Shown here: positions 27,606 through 38,898 of the stretch, one piece after another
Layout of the letters: the number at the start of each line of letters is the position of its first letter
Numbering within the stretch: the first letter of the stretch is position 1
Origin: Patescibacteria group bacterium
Lineage (GTDB): Bacteria > Patescibacteriota > Patescibacteriia > Buchananbacterales > UBA6539
Direction of reading: 5' to 3'
Length of the DNA: 64,000 nt
Assembly: GCA_041662625.1 (NCBI GenBank)
Contig: JBAZSB010000001.1
Span: 617,385-681,384, forward strand
Made by a program: the position numbers and the translations under genes
The notes under the pieces: model-generated
The model's database searches: none
What the model was told of the DNA's origin: nothing
Seen by the model: only the letters and a program-made list of their open reading frames with translations

Positions 27606-28851
27606 ATTTTCCTGGCTGCTTAAACGGCCCAATTAAAACTAAGTTCAAATTTTGCTCCTGAATTAATTCTTGAGCAATTTTTTTAATCTGTCCTTTTTTA
27701 ACTGCAAAAACTTTTTTTAGCTTTTCTTCTGGCGTAGAAATTTTATTCAGTAATAATTCTTGCTTACCGTACCAATCGGCAACATTTTCTGAATCTTCCA
27801 ATTCTAGAACTAATTTACCTTTCAAAAATTCTTTGGCCGATTCTAGCTCTTTATCAGTAACACCTTGATCCCGAATTATTTTTAGTTCGGCTAAAATTAA
27901 ACTGATCGCTTGGTTAATCCTAGCTTTGTCTAAACCAGCCTGAACTAACAAAGCACCGACATCCTGATAGGCAGCAAAATCAGCTTTAATATAATAAGCC
28001 AAGCCGTATTTTTCCCTGACCGTGGTAAATAAACGCGAACTCATATTCCCACCCAAAATAACGGCTAATAAATAAAGGGGATAAATTTTTGGATCATTCA
28101 GAGAATAGCTGGGGAAGCCCAGGCCAAGCTGGACTTGTTCGGTCGCTTTAAAAAATAATTCAATTTTTGGCTTATTTTGGCTAATTTTAATCTTTTTAAA
28201 ACCATTTTTATTTTTGTGACCCGTATTATTACCAAAGTATTCTTTAGCCAAAGCCCTGACTTTATTTTTATTAAAATTACCGGAAACTGTTAAAATCATT
28301 TTGGCCGGCTGATAAAATTTATTTTTATAATTTAAAATAGCGCGGCGAGAAATTTTTTTAATCACCTCTTTTGGACCAGAGATTATCCAACCTAAAGAAT
28401 TATCCCCAAAAATAGTTTTTTCAAACAGCGCCCCTAAATAGATTAAGGGGTTATCCTGATACATATTAATCTCCTCAATAATTACTCCCCTTTCTTTATT
28501 AATTTCTTGGACGGCAAAAGTTGAATTAAAAAGCATGTCGGAAAGCAAATCAAAAGCCAGCTCAATTTCTTCAGAGGCAACTTTTACATAATAACCAGTA
28601 TGATCTTTGCTGGTAAAAGCATTATATTCGGCGCCGACCGAATCAAGCGCTTTACTAATATCTAAACTCGTAGGCCGACGCTTAGTGCCTTTGAACATTA
28701 GATGCTCAATAAAATGAGAAGCCCCGTTGATACTTCGACCTTCATAACGCGAACCAACCGGTAGTAATACCAAAACCGTCACCGCCTTAGTTTCTTTAAG
28801 CGGCGCAGTGATTAGAGTTAGGCCATTTTTAAGTTTGGTTTTTGAATACAT
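27583..28851 (-). CDS. M16 family zinc peptidase
   Basis: GASHFIEHLMFKGT (HxxEH), NAFTS, ERGVIIEE, LGGNMSSRLF. Confidence 0.95.
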   Translation of the reverse strand: MYSKTKLKNGLTLITAPLKETKAVTVLVLLPVGSRYEGRSINGASHFIEHLMFKGTKRRPTSLDISKALDSVGAEYNAFTSKDHTGYYVKVASEEIELAFDLLSDMLFNSTFAVQEINKERGVIIEEINMYQDNPLIYLGALFEKTIFGDNSLGWIISGPKEVIKKISRRAILNYKNKFYQPAKMILTVSGNFNKNKVRALAKEYFGNNTGHKNKNGFKKIKISQNKPKIELFFKATEQVQLGLGFPSYSLNDPKIYPLYLLAVILGGNMSSRLFTTVREKYGLAYYIKADFAAYQDVGALLVQAGLDKARINQAISLILAELKIIRDQGVTDKELESAKEFLKGKLVLELEDSENVADWYGKQELLLNKISTPEEKLKKVFAVKKGQIKKIAQELIQEQNLNLVLIGPFKQPGKFRKLLKL

Positions 28852-28855
28852 AAAG

Positions 28856-28936
28856 AAGTAGCGAGTTAAGCGAGTTAAGTAAATTCAGTGAAATCAGCTG
28901 AACTCGCTTAACTTGCTGAACTCGCTTAACTTGCTA
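28856..28936. repeat. Inverted 9-mer tandem-repeat hairpin (empty cassette form)
   Basis: AGCGAGTTA repeats facing AACTCGCT repeats; same unit as the arms flanking 51574-51948. Confidence 0.8.
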
Positions 28937-28944
28937 TCGGATTC

Positions 28945-30345
28945 TCAAAATATACTTAATTTTTCTTCAAAATAATCTTTTAGATCACCGACTTTAATTC
29001 TTTCCTGCTTCATCGTATCCCGATCGCGAACCGTGACCGCTTTGTCTTCTAAACTTTCGAAATCAACGGTTACACAATACGGCGTACCAATTTCATCTTG
29101 GCGGCGGTATCTTCGGCCAATTGAAGCCACTTCATCATACTGGCAAACCCAGTTTTGCCGCAAAGTATTAAAAATTTCTTTCGCTGGTTTAGCCAATTCA
29201 GGTTTTTTGGATAAAGGCAAAACGGCAATTTTTATCGGCGCTAATCTTTTATCAAATTTCATTACTACTTCCAATTCTTTGTTTGATTCAGTGGTGGTTG
29301 TCCGGCCGCCGGAAATTTCCGTGTAAGCATCAACTAAAACTGCCAACGTGGAACGGTCGGCGCCAGCCGAAGGCTCAATGACATAAGGAATGAATTTTTT
29401 GCCATCCTCCTCAGTATAGCTCAGGTCTTCTCCGGAAAATTTAGCATGCTGGCTCAAATCAAAATCCTGCCGGTTAGCAATGCCTTCCAGTTCTGACCAG
29501 CCGGCAAAAGGAAAATTATATTCGACATCAGAGCAGGCCTTGGCATAGTGAGCAAGTTCATCCTTCTCGTGCGGCCGTAAACGCAAATTTTCTTTTTTGA
29601 TTCCTAAAATTTTAATATACCAATTTATTCTTTCTTGCAGCCAATATTCATAGTATTTATCTGCCTCTTTGGGTTGGCAGAAATATTCACATTCCATCTG
29701 CTCAAATTCGCGGGTGCGGAAAATAAAATTACCCGGCGTCACCTCGTTGCGAAACGATTTACCGATTTGGGCAATGCCAAACGGCAGTTTCAAGCGCATT
29801 GAATCTTTAACATTTTTAAAATTGACAAAAATCCCTTGCGCCGTTTCCGGCCGCAGATAAACCGTTGCGCTTTCTTCTTCCAAAGGGCCCATAAAAGTTT
29901 TAAACATTAAATTAAACTGCCGCTCTTCGGTTAATTCCCCGCCACACTCCGGACAAACCGGCTTTTTTTTAGGCTTTTCTTTCATTGTCCCTAAGTCTGG
30001 CTTGGCCGAAATCGGGGCTAATAAGTGATCAGACCGAAATCGCTTTTTACATTTTTTACAGTCAACGAGCGGGTCAGTAAAACTTTTTAAATGGCCTGAA
30101 GCCTCCCAGGTTTTGGGGTGCATTAAAATAGAGGCATCCAAACCAACCACGTCATCGCGCTTTTGCACCATTTCTTGCCACCAAAGCCGCTTGATATTAT
30201 TCTTCAGCTCCACCCCTAGCGGACCATAGTCATAGAAAGAATTGAGGCCGCCATAAATCTCAGAAGACTGAAAAAGAAAGCCTCGGCGCTTACAAAGCGA
30301 AACGAGTTTACTCATTAAATCATTACTTTCTTGTTTCTTTGTCAT
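28945..30345 (-). CDS. glyQS: Glycine--tRNA ligase (homodimeric type)
   Basis: [51 protein letters not shown]. Confidence 0.96.
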   Translation of the reverse strand: MTKKQESNDLMSKLVSLCKRRGFLFQSSEIYGGLNSFYDYGPLGVELKNNIKRLWWQEMVQKRDDVVGLDASILMHPKTWEASGHLKSFTDPLVDCKKCKKRFRSDHLLAPISAKPDLGTMKEKPKKKPVCPECGGELTEERQFNLMFKTFMGPLEEESATVYLRPETAQGIFVNFKNVKDSMRLKLPFGIAQIGKSFRNEVTPGNFIFRTREFEQMECEYFCQPKEADKYYEYWLQERINWYIKILGIKKENLRLRPHEKDELAHYAKACSDVEYNFPFAGWSELEGIANRQDFDLSQHAKFSGEDLSYTEEDGKKFIPYVIEPSAGADRSTLAVLVDAYTEISGGRTTTTESNKELEVVMKFDKRLAPIKIAVLPLSKKPELAKPAKEIFNTLRQNWVCQYDEVASIGRRYRRQDEIGTPYCVTVDFESLEDKAVTVRDRDTMKQERIKVGDLKDYFEEKLSIF

Positions 30346-30387
30346 AAAAATAGATTACCTAATTTCCGACTTTTTTTCAAGCCCAGA

Positions 30388-30951
30388 CTAGATTAAAAGA
30401 CTTAATACCAAAGCGCTAGTGACTGTGACCGTAATATTGTCATTGATTTTAATCGGCAGGCTTTCCACAATTGCAGCCACAATCGCTGTCTTAAAAGCCA
30501 GAGAGAATGCGGCCATTAGACTGAGATCAATTATCATCCACTTTAATAAAATCATGGCACCAATTGTACCAAAAAACACAAAAGCTAAACTCCCGGCATA
30601 AGTTTTATTCTGGTTCCATGCTAATTCTTTAGCCCGAAAATTTTTACCCACTAAGGTGGCCATCCCATCACCCAATGCCAAAATTGCCCAAGCCGCAGCA
30701 ACAATTGACGGAGGGAAAACCAACACCAAAACTAACAAGGTCAAAAAATATAAAATGGCCCCCTCACTATACTTTTTTTCAAACTGACGATAAAGGTGGG
30801 ATTTTATCCTGAGTTTAGGAACCAAAAAAAGAGTAAAGAAAAGCAACAAGAAAAGAATCCCGACCGCTTGGAAACGGCTCAGGTATTTTAAAAGAAAGGC
30901 AAACAAAAAAAGCAAAACATGGATTCCTTGACGTTTTTCTTCACGAAACAT
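30388..30951 (-). CDS. Dolichol/phytol kinase-like (SEC59/CTP-transferase) membrane protein
   Basis: EEKRQGIH, LALGDGMATLVG, KTYAGS, NDNITV. Confidence 0.8.
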   Translation of the reverse strand: MFREEKRQGIHVLLFLFAFLLKYLSRFQAVGILFLLLFFTLFLVPKLRIKSHLYRQFEKKYSEGAILYFLTLLVLVLVFPPSIVAAAWAILALGDGMATLVGKNFRAKELAWNQNKTYAGSLAFVFFGTIGAMILLKWMIIDLSLMAAFSLAFKTAIVAAIVESLPIKINDNITVTVTSALVLSLLI

Positions 30952-30957
30952 AGTGGT

Positions 30958-31136
30958 AAAAATTACAAATTACATGACGAAATCCCAAGTACCAAATCCC
31001 AAATATCAAACAAATCACAACTTTTAAAATTCAAAACGACAATTCTGAGCGTTTGGAATTTGGAATTTTGGTCATTGGTGCTTGTTTGGAATTTGTAATT
31101 CTGAATTTGGTGCTTATTTTTGTGCTTGGAATTTTA
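30958..31136. repeat. Inverted 7-mer tandem-repeat hairpin
   Basis: AAATCCC/AAATTAC-like units facing TTTGGAA/TTTGTAA units. Confidence 0.75.
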
Positions 31137-34100
31137 CCCAAAGATACTTTTTTCTGGCGGCGGAGCAGCAGATTTTTTATCTTCTGGTTTTTCTTGAGTC
31201 TTACTAACCTTGGCCTCTGGCTTAATCTCTTCGATTTTTTCTAATTTTTCTTCAATATTTTCGCCAATATCTTTGACTTTTTCTTCGAGTTTTTCTAGCT
31301 CTTCAATTTTATCGGTAATTTCTTCTTCAACTTCTTTGACCTCTTTTTTAGCTTTGATTAACTCTTCCAGTGATTTACGACCAACTTCTAAATCTTCAAC
31401 TTTTTCGGTCAATGACGGTTCAGTGACTGGTTTTTCCACTGGTGGTACTGCCGGAGGAACCACTGGATGTGCCTCAATCACTTTAGCTGGTAGGCCAATT
31501 TTATCACTTGGCGGCGCAACCGGTGGCAGGGGCGGTGTTACTACTGGCGGTGTAATACTTGGCAGCGCTTCTGTAACTCCACCTTTCTTTAAACCGATAT
31601 TGAGTCCAACGATTGCCTCCTTAGCCTTGGCGATTAAATCAATTGCCTCAGTCTTATGAGGCTCATACCCCAATTTTTCAGCAGTCACATAATAGACATT
31701 ATTATTAACCAAGAAGGAATAGCGCCCCCGCGCATCAGTTAAACGGGTTTCCAAAAGCTTGTTATACTGCTTGTCATAAATCCGGGTGATCGCGCGAGCC
31801 AATGGCTTTTTATTATTTTGATCATAAATAATACCCCAGTTCTTCGGCGGTTTTTGATAACCCAGCCGGCGGAATAAAACATAAAGTAAACAATGGAAGC
31901 CAAACATCGTAAAGGTTAAAAATCCCGGACTAATTATCATGGAGACAGTAGCTAAAGGAACTGCTGAAAATGCTGCGGCGTATTGGACTTTGCGTAAATA
32001 ATATTGAAAGATGATTTTTTTAACTGGTTTAGTGTCTTCTTGGGGATCGAGAGGAATATTGGCCGTGATTTCTGCTTTTTGATTCGTCACCTCAATTGTT
32101 TCACCATGATATAAATCAAGAAATTTTACATCTTCTTTTTTATCTTTGAGGTATCGCGTGGGGAAATCAAATTTTGGTTTAGTCACACTTAAATAATAAC
32201 GACCCGGTTCAGCCAAAATTAAATAACGGCCCAGCTTATCAGTGACTCGCGATTGTATCAAGCGATTGTTCTCTTTCTGATATAATCTCACGATTGCTAA
32301 ATCAACTGGCTGCTTGGTCAAAGAATTATAAACCACGCCCCATTTCTTTCGTTTACGCCTAAATAAAGCGGCAAAGGGCTGGGTAATAAAAAATTGTAAG
32401 TAGGAAAGGAAATTAAAAAAGGAAAAAGTAGCGAAAGTATTAATTGCCACAGTAGCAATCAAAATTGGAGCGGCAATCCGATTAGTTTGTTCAACCTGGG
32501 GGTTATCTAATATTTTATCTTGCAAGAATGCTTGAACATTTTTAATAACTTCGGCAAAATTTAATTCACTATTATCAGTTGGCTTGGTACAACCCGGATC
32601 AGCCGGAAAATCAATTAAGCCATCTCTATCATTATCCAAACCATCCAGACATTGGGTCAGCAAAAATCGAAAGTTCGGCGGCAAACCACAGTCAACTGGG
32701 CAAGACCAGACTGTCTCAGCCTCTTCACAAATATTATTGCCACAACAGGGAACAGTAGCTAAACAGCGGCAAGCGGCTAAATCAATTAGTTGGCAGGTGC
32801 TGCAAGCCACTTCACAACCTTCAGTACAAGAACGGGTTTCTGGGGGCCGATCCAAGTTCAAATTACAATTGTTAATGTCATAACATTCCCGCCTTTGAAT
32901 ACCAGCAACACATGCGCCCCAGTTTAAACAAGTCCAATTGGGCGTACAGGGCAAAATACAATCCTGGGGACATTGCTCATGAGTTTCCCCTTGTTCGCAC
33001 TGACCATTACCGCAACAAGGTATCAACTCCTGGCAAACACACTGCTCAATATTAATTTGTTCACAAGTACCACAACTTAAACCGGGACAATTAGGGCCAC
33101 AGCTTTGTTGTAGCGCCGGCGGATTAATGGGCACGGGGCAGGCATTACGGTCGAAACATTCTCGGGTTTGAATCCCATTTAATGGACAAGGGTCTGGCTG
33201 CCAGTCAGTGCATTCCCAATCTGATAAACAATCAACCGGACAATCCACATGGCAAGTGTAGGGATCTTCGGCTGGCGGCTCACAAACATCATTACCACAA
33301 CAATTGACAGTATTTGTACAAGTACAAGTGGCTTCATCAAGCTCCTGACAATCGCCACAAGTCACTCCCGGACAGACACCACAATCTTGTTCATAGTCAT
33401 AATCGGCTTCGCAAGGCGGGATTGTTTGGTCAACGCAAGCTACGGTTTGTTTATTGGTTACTGGATTACAATCTCCGGGGGTACATAAAAAATCCGGCTC
33501 ACAAGCACATTCGGGGTCGCCCGGCTGCGAAGTGTCAGTACAAGTTGAAGCTGGATAGTCACAAAAACCATCACTATCATCATCAATCTGATTATCACAA
33601 ATCTCAACTCCGCCACTAGTCTGAAAGGAACCAGTGGCAACTGTTTGTAGGCTTCCGGCATTAGCGGTAATCCGATAATAATAAACCGTGCTGGGGGTTA
33701 AATTGGTAATATTATGGCTGTAATTCTGCCCGGACAAACTGGCTGAGCCTTCATTAACATCAGTGGTCATCCCCCATTCCAGCAAGGACGAAGTTGATTG
33801 GCAGCGCGTCCGCCAGCCAATAGTGGCAGTCGTGTTGGTAACTGATTCACTGATATTATCAATTAATAACTCATTTTTGCAGTCAGCCGAACAGCAATCG
33901 CCAGAAGTAATATTATTGTCATCACATTCTTCAGTTACTGGATCAAGGCTGCCATCGCCACAACCAACTTCTAATTGGCAGGTGGCTGAGCAACCATCAC
34001 CAGAAACAGTATTGCCATCATCACATTCTTCACCTGGATCTTTGATGTTATTGCCGCAGACCGGAACATAGCAATCTTGGTTAAATTTATTAGTAGTACA

Positions 34101-34913
34101 GCCATTACCGCAAGACACTTCCTGTGATCCAGCCACACATGGGCCGTAACTACAAATCATCGGACCAGGAATACAGGGTGGTGGGCCTTTATTATGGGCT
34201 AAGTAACCTTGGGCAAAATAATTATGGTTTTGGTCAACTTCTAAGTTATAAACTAAAACATCACCAGTTTGCATCTCAACTGCTGAAACAATAATTGCTT
34301 GACCGTCCTCACGCAAAAGCTTATCACCAATTTTTATCTGGCTGGCCTTAAGCCATTGATTATTAACATAAAGCGGGTGGTCAGATGTGACCTTAATTTC
34401 CTGATTAATAACCAAATATTGACTGGCCTGATGTTCAAAAGTTTTGAGAACCACTGACGGTTCTAGCGTTTTAGTTTTTTCATTATAGGAAATGACTAAA
34501 TCACCAACTTTTATTTCTTCAATTGCTAAACTTGAGCCACCAGCCAGGGAAATTTGGGTCCCAGCCAGAAAACACGGCACGCCACAAATACAAAGATTAC
34601 ACTCGGTATCCTCGCCGCAATCTGAACCTGATTCACAGGCTTCACCACATTCCTTAATACTATCACCACAAACTTTATCTGGCCTCGTGCAATCCCCTTT
34701 ACAACCATCACAGTCGCTATTATTACCATCATCACAGACTTCACTTAAAGCTGTCTGAATAATGCCATCGCCGCAACGAGGGGAAACCACATGGGCATTA
34801 ACATTAACATTAGCCGCTTCTGCCTGAGGCAAAAATAAACAAAGAAAAATTAACCCTAAACTCAAGGTTAAATTAAAACCCAGTAAAAAAAACTTTTTAC
34901 TTTCTTTTTTCAT
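31134..34913 (-). CDS. Large surface/membrane protein with Cys-rich (DUF4215-like) repeats, Hint domain, FN3-like domain, TM segments and carboxypeptidase-regulatory-like domains
   Basis: CGDG...EECDDGN..SGDGCS repeats; CFLAGT...HNYFAQGYLAHN; WGVVYNS...TDKLGRY repeated twice. Confidence 0.85.
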   Translation of the reverse strand: MKKESKKFFLLGFNLTLSLGLIFLCLFLPQAEAANVNVNAHVVSPRCGDGIIQTALSEVCDDGNNSDCDGCKGDCTRPDKVCGDSIKECGEACESGSDCGEDTECNLCICGVPCFLAGTQISLAGGSSLAIEEIKVGDLVISYNEKTKTLEPSVVLKTFEHQASQYLVINQEIKVTSDHPLYVNNQWLKASQIKIGDKLLREDGQAIIVSAVEMQTGDVLVYNLEVDQNHNYFAQGYLAHNKGPPPCIPGPMICSYGPCVAGSQEVSCGNGCTTNKFNQDCYVPVCGNNIKDPGEECDDGNTVSGDGCSATCQLEVGCGDGSLDPVTEECDDNNITSGDCCSADCKNELLIDNISESVTNTTATIGWRTRCQSTSSLLEWGMTTDVNEGSASLSGQNYSHNITNLTPSTVYYYRITANAGSLQTVATGSFQTSGGVEICDNQIDDDSDGFCDYPASTCTDTSQPGDPECACEPDFLCTPGDCNPVTNKQTVACVDQTIPPCEADYDYEQDCGVCPGVTCGDCQELDEATCTCTNTVNCCGNDVCEPPAEDPYTCHVDCPVDCLSDWECTDWQPDPCPLNGIQTRECFDRNACPVPINPPALQQSCGPNCPGLSCGTCEQINIEQCVCQELIPCCGNGQCEQGETHEQCPQDCILPCTPNWTCLNWGACVAGIQRRECYDINNCNLNLDRPPETRSCTEGCEVACSTCQLIDLAACRCLATVPCCGNNICEEAETVWSCPVDCGLPPNFRFLLTQCLDGLDNDRDGLIDFPADPGCTKPTDNSELNFAEVIKNVQAFLQDKILDNPQVEQTNRIAAPILIATVAINTFATFSFFNFLSYLQFFITQPFAALFRRKRKKWGVVYNSLTKQPVDLAIVRLYQKENNRLIQSRVTDKLGRYLILAEPGRYYLSVTKPKFDFPTRYLKDKKEDVKFLDLYHGETIEVTNQKAEITANIPLDPQEDTKPVKKIIFQYYLRKVQYAAAFSAVPLATVSMIISPGFLTFTMFGFHCLLYVLFRRLGYQKPPKNWGIIYDQNNKKPLARAITRIYDKQYNKLLETRLTDARGRYSFLVNNNVYYVTAEKLGYEPHKTEAIDLIAKAKEAIVGLNIGLKKGGVTEALPSITPPVVTPPLPPVAPPSDKIGLPAKVIEAHPVVPPAVPPVEKPVTEPSLTEKVEDLEVGRKSLEELIKAKKEVKEVEEEITDKIEELEKLEEKVKDIGENIEEKLEKIEEIKPEAKVSKTQEKPEDKKSAAPPPEKSIFG
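34191..34574 (-). other. Hint (intein-like) domain
   Basis: Block A CFLAGTQI, block B VTSDHPLY, blocks F/G VYNLEV..NHNYFA.GYLAHN followed by K. Confidence 0.9.
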
Positions 34914-35919
34914 TTGGTAATTTTTTTGTTTCCTGTTTTAATTTTTTCACCCGCGAGTTAATCTTAATTAGGATGATTAAAACAAAAAATATGATAATCA
35001 AAGCAATGATTGAAGAAACGGGAATAAACCAGAAACTCAATTCTTGAGTTACCGCTTGCTGACTGTCTGAGCCATAAGTTAAATTCAGGCTTGCTGAATA
35101 CCGGCCAAAGGTGAAATGATTTAGCTCCTCTTTAAGATTTCCCCAAAACTGTTGAATAATATTTGGATAAACCAATGGGCTTCCCCAGATAATTTCAAAT
35201 CTTCTGGTGCTTTGCGGCAAAACATTACGCAATTCTTTATTCACTGGTAAAACTTCTTTCTGGCCAAGCCAATTTTTCAATTCAATTGTCCCAGTCGGCT
35301 GCAGATGAATGTTGCCGGAATTATTAAACCGAATAATAAAATTAATGGGTAAGTGCCAAAAATAATTTTGGTCCCCTTGAATTTTAAATTCCAATAACTG
35401 CCCTTGTTCCACCAGTTCACCTTTAACTTTTAAAAAAATTAAAGTACCAACTTTGCTTTTAATGGTTACTGCGGGCTTTTCTTGAGTCGGTTCCACTTGA
35501 TTCTCCCAAAAAATTACAGCATAGTAGCCCCCAGGGATCGCTTGGGGCGGCACAACCACAGTAAAAGGAACAATAGCGGCTTGTTTTGGTTTTAAAAGAA
35601 TTGAATCTTGACTTAAATTAAACCAATTTAAGAATTCATCCTTTTCCTCCGGGGGTAAATAAACTGGCTGGCCCGCTTCATCACCGGCCTTAAATTTTTC
35701 GATGCTTGGAACCAAAAACAAATTTTGGTCGGTTTCATTATATATTTTAACTACTGCCGGCTGGGTCTGACCGGGATCAGCCTCTAATTCCAGCAAAGGC
35801 GAAATTACTGTGGTGGCCAAAACCGGACAACTAAAAAATAAAGTGAAAAATAAAATAACCAATGAACTAACCGCCAAAATATTAGGCCCCAGCTTCAGAT
35901 TAGAGATAAATAATGACAT
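34897..35919 (-). CDS. DUF916/WxL-interacting-like membrane-anchored protein
   Basis: ISP..LEL.ADPG, PGGYYAVI, FNNSGNIHLQPTG, NVLPQSTR, C-terminal TM. Confidence 0.7.
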   Translation of the reverse strand: MSLFISNLKLGPNILAVSSLVILFFTLFFSCPVLATTVISPLLELEADPGQTQPAVVKIYNETDQNLFLVPSIEKFKAGDEAGQPVYLPPEEKDEFLNWFNLSQDSILLKPKQAAIVPFTVVVPPQAIPGGYYAVIFWENQVEPTQEKPAVTIKSKVGTLIFLKVKGELVEQGQLLEFKIQGDQNYFWHLPINFIIRFNNSGNIHLQPTGTIELKNWLGQKEVLPVNKELRNVLPQSTRRFEIIWGSPLVYPNIIQQFWGNLKEELNHFTFGRYSASLNLTYGSDSQQAVTQELSFWFIPVSSIIALIIIFFVLIILIKINSRVKKLKQETKKLPNEKRK

Positions 35920-35922
35920 AAT

Positions 35923-36642
35923 TTAAAAATTAGACGTGGCCGAGTAAGTCAAAGTAGTGGTATAAGTACCACCAGCCGTATCAGTGGAGATATTAGCAAT
36001 ATAAGAAACCGTAAAAGTCGTTTGACTGATATCATTAGTCGCCGAAGCGACAGTATTGCCGCTGGCAAATTTAAACTGATTTGCCGTATTATAGCCGGTA
36101 GCGGCTGAACCAATTGGCGCAGTACCGCTTGGGTCAGCACCAATAAGTGGGCTGGTATTGGCCACCAAATTAATGCCAAATTGCTTTAATCCAGGGCTGG
36201 AAGCTGTAGCCGCTAATAACGCATCGATACTATTAGTACCGCTGGTTAAAGTTGATCCAAAAACTGTGATAACGAAACCTCCCACCGCATTAGTATCAAT
36301 AACCATAGTATGGCTGTCTCTACCGGTGGTAGAATCGGTTAATTCCCCTAACTCAATGGCCGGATCAGCAATTGAAAAACTTAAATATTGATCAGGATAC
36401 ATCTCACGAAAACCAGCTTTAATGCCATAAGTTGCGGCTGTAGCCGTAGCAGACAAAATTACCGACTCCCCAATCGTGTCCTGGATACCATAATTAGCTG
36501 AACTGCTATCCTCACTGCCACCGGAACTGAAAGCATCGGCCCAAATGACATAATTGGTGCTTTCCATTCTCGCCCAAATTTCACCACCAGAAAAAAACAA
36601 TAAACCGGCGCTAATTAATAAAAAAATTAATCTTTTTGTCAT
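35923..36642 (-). CDS. Secreted beta-rich protein, WxL-like
   Basis: Signal peptide; FGINLVANT, YIANIS..TAGGTYTTTLTYSAT. Confidence 0.6.
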   Translation of the reverse strand: MTKRLIFLLISAGLLFFSGGEIWARMESTNYVIWADAFSSGGSEDSSSANYGIQDTIGESVILSATATAATYGIKAGFREMYPDQYLSFSIADPAIELGELTDSTTGRDSHTMVIDTNAVGGFVITVFGSTLTSGTNSIDALLAATASSPGLKQFGINLVANTSPLIGADPSGTAPIGSAATGYNTANQFKFASGNTVASATNDISQTTFTVSYIANISTDTAGGTYTTTLTYSATSNF

Positions 36643-36647
36643 TTATT

Positions 36648-36792
36648 TAAAATTACAAATCACAAATTCCAAGCTCCAAACAAATTCCAAATTATAATTT
36701 CCAAAATCCAAAATAGTAATTCTCGGGTTTTTGGATTTGTAATTTTGGTTATTGTAATTTGTTTGGAATTTGTAATTTTGAATTTGGTGACT
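36648..36792. repeat. Inverted 7-mer tandem-repeat hairpin
   Basis: AAATTAC/AAATTCC units facing TTTGGAA/TTTGTAA units; closely related to 30958-31136. Confidence 0.8.
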
Positions 36793-36949
36793 ATACATTA
36801 TGATTTATTCATAATTTAGAGCTTTGAAAAAGCATTCCTTGCTATCAATTATACTAAAAATCCAGCAAGTAAGCAAAATTGCCCCCTCGAGTATCTGGGG
36901 GCAATTTTGCTTAAAAATTTACTAATCAACTCCAAAGGAAGCTTGTAAA

Positions 36950-37549
36950 CTACTGAGTGGTATCGATATTAGTGTTGGTATTGGTATCAGCGGCATCAGG
37001 AGTTTTATTCGTCAAATAATCATTAATTGCCTGTACTACCCGTGAGTCGTCTTTCAGGCCTTCGATAATAACGACGTGCTCGCGATTGATCATCATACTA
37101 TCTTTTGGGCCGTGGATTTCGCTGCCCAATTTAATCAAAGTTAATCTTTGTTCAGGTTGAGTCTGAACGTCTGAAGGCTGAGCAATAGTATTTGACGAAG
37201 TGACTACCTGAAGATAATAAATCTCTTTCAAAACAAGATAATCTTTATTTTGTTCGGCAATTTTGCCAAAATAAACTTGGCCGTTGGTCAAAAAAACTGC
37301 CTGCCAGCCTTCAGTTGAGATTGCTTCACCTGGTAAAGGCAAAAAATCAAGACTAACCACCCCGGCATAACCAGCGATCAGATAAAGACCGCCGCCAATA
37401 ATCACTAAGATAACAATTAAAGTAACCAATCCTTTGACCCAGGAACCACCATCACTATTTCTTTTTTTATCACCACCACCGACTGAACTGGGAATGCTGG
37501 TTTGAGGCCGCATCGGATTAGTAGACTTAATTGGCATCGGATAAGCCAT
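36950..37549 (-). CDS. Hypothetical membrane-anchored protein
   Basis: WQAVFLTNGQVYFG, L..IYYLQ, LIKLGSEIHGP motifs, as I recall from CPR proteins. Confidence 0.75.
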   Translation of the reverse strand: MAYPMPIKSTNPMRPQTSIPSSVGGGDKKRNSDGGSWVKGLVTLIVILVIIGGGLYLIAGYAGVVSLDFLPLPGEAISTEGWQAVFLTNGQVYFGKIAEQNKDYLVLKEIYYLQVVTSSNTIAQPSDVQTQPEQRLTLIKLGSEIHGPKDSMMINREHVVIIEGLKDDSRVVQAINDYLTNKTPDAADTNTNTNIDTTQ

Positions 37550-37639
37550 AAAACCTCCTTAAGTAACTGAGTCTTTTAGACTCTTAGTCAACTAAAGATA
37601 ATTATTTATTAATATAAAATTATGTATCTTTTAATTCTC

Positions 37640-38743
37640 CTAGGCGAGATCCTCATTTTCATGATCAAGCCGGGCTTTAATTTTTGGCAATTCTGACTTT
37701 TTGACAAAATCTTGAACTATTACCCCAATGGCGGTTGCTACCGGGATTGCCAAAATTAACCCAATTATACCAGCAAGACGAAAACCAATCAACATCACAA
37801 TAATAATTACCACCGGATTAAGGCCAACTTTTTTCTGCATTACTTTTGGCACCAAAAACTTCTCTTCCACTTGTTGAACGGCCACATAAAAAAGTAAAAT
37901 CATTATCCCCCGGCTCAGAGAAAAAGATGGCACCACAAAACCCAAAAAAACTGCAGGAACCGCCCCTAAAACCGGACCCAGGTATGGAACAAATTCGGTA
38001 ATTGCCGCCACCAAAGCCAAAACTAAAGCATAACGCGGTAAAAGGATAATCAAACCAACAAAAGAAAGAAGGCCAACAATCAAACCCAAGATGAGTTGGC
38101 CGGCTGCCCAAGCCGTAATCTTTTTTTGGATACTATGGAATAAATCAGTCAAATAATCATGATATTGAGCCGGAGCAATTACCTTAAATAATTTATTGAT
38201 TGCATCCTTTTCAATCACCAGATAAAAAACAATGATCAGAACGAGGAAAAAATTCACGATACTCTGAAAAATCGAACGAATAAGCGAATAAACTCCACCG
38301 GCGGCGTTCTCTAATCCCGATTGTAAACTTTTCAGACCACCCTGAATATTATCCATCAGGCCCTTCTCTTCTGAATATTGACGCAGACTATTAAAATTTT
38401 CGACAATCTTGCTCCAAAGATCGGGAAAATTTCTGGTTAAAATTCCAACCTGTTCGGCAATTGGCGGAATAATTAATCTCGCCACGATAAATAAAAATAC
38501 AAATAGGATTAGATAAATAAAAAGAATCAACAAAGCCCGCGGTATCTTTCTTTTAATAATACTTACCGACCAGCTTTCCAAGGCATCAACCAGGGGTTCG
38601 AGGACAATAGCGAGAATCACCGAAATAACAACCAGCAAAATGATATCGCGGATAAAATAAACAAAAGCTAAAAATAAAACAATCCCAACAATTTTCAAAA
38701 CCGTACCCGTAGAAATATTGATGGTTAGATTTCTGTTTTCCAT
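37640..38743 (-). CDS. AI-2E family transporter
   Basis: Multi-TM; EFVPYLGP, QQVEEKFLVPKVM, GLILAIP. Confidence 0.92.
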   Translation of the reverse strand: MENRNLTINISTGTVLKIVGIVLFLAFVYFIRDIILLVVISVILAIVLEPLVDALESWSVSIIKRKIPRALLILFIYLILFVFLFIVARLIIPPIAEQVGILTRNFPDLWSKIVENFNSLRQYSEEKGLMDNIQGGLKSLQSGLENAAGGVYSLIRSIFQSIVNFFLVLIIVFYLVIEKDAINKLFKVIAPAQYHDYLTDLFHSIQKKITAWAAGQLILGLIVGLLSFVGLIILLPRYALVLALVAAITEFVPYLGPVLGAVPAVFLGFVVPSFSLSRGIMILLFYVAVQQVEEKFLVPKVMQKKVGLNPVVIIIVMLIGFRLAGIIGLILAIPVATAIGVIVQDFVKKSELPKIKARLDHENEDLA

Positions 38744-38898
38744 AATAATGCAATAATGATTGGCTTCTTTCCTTGTTTAAATTATACTAAATAGGCACTC
38801 CAGTGTCAATCAAAAAGATATGCTATACTAAATGTATAATTCACTAAGAACTATCAAACTGGGAGCTAAAAAGACAAATCAAATATTACTATTAGATT

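Noticed and set aside
31053-31244. 63-aa hydrophobic ORF
   Set aside because: Artefact of translating the heptamer repeat arm
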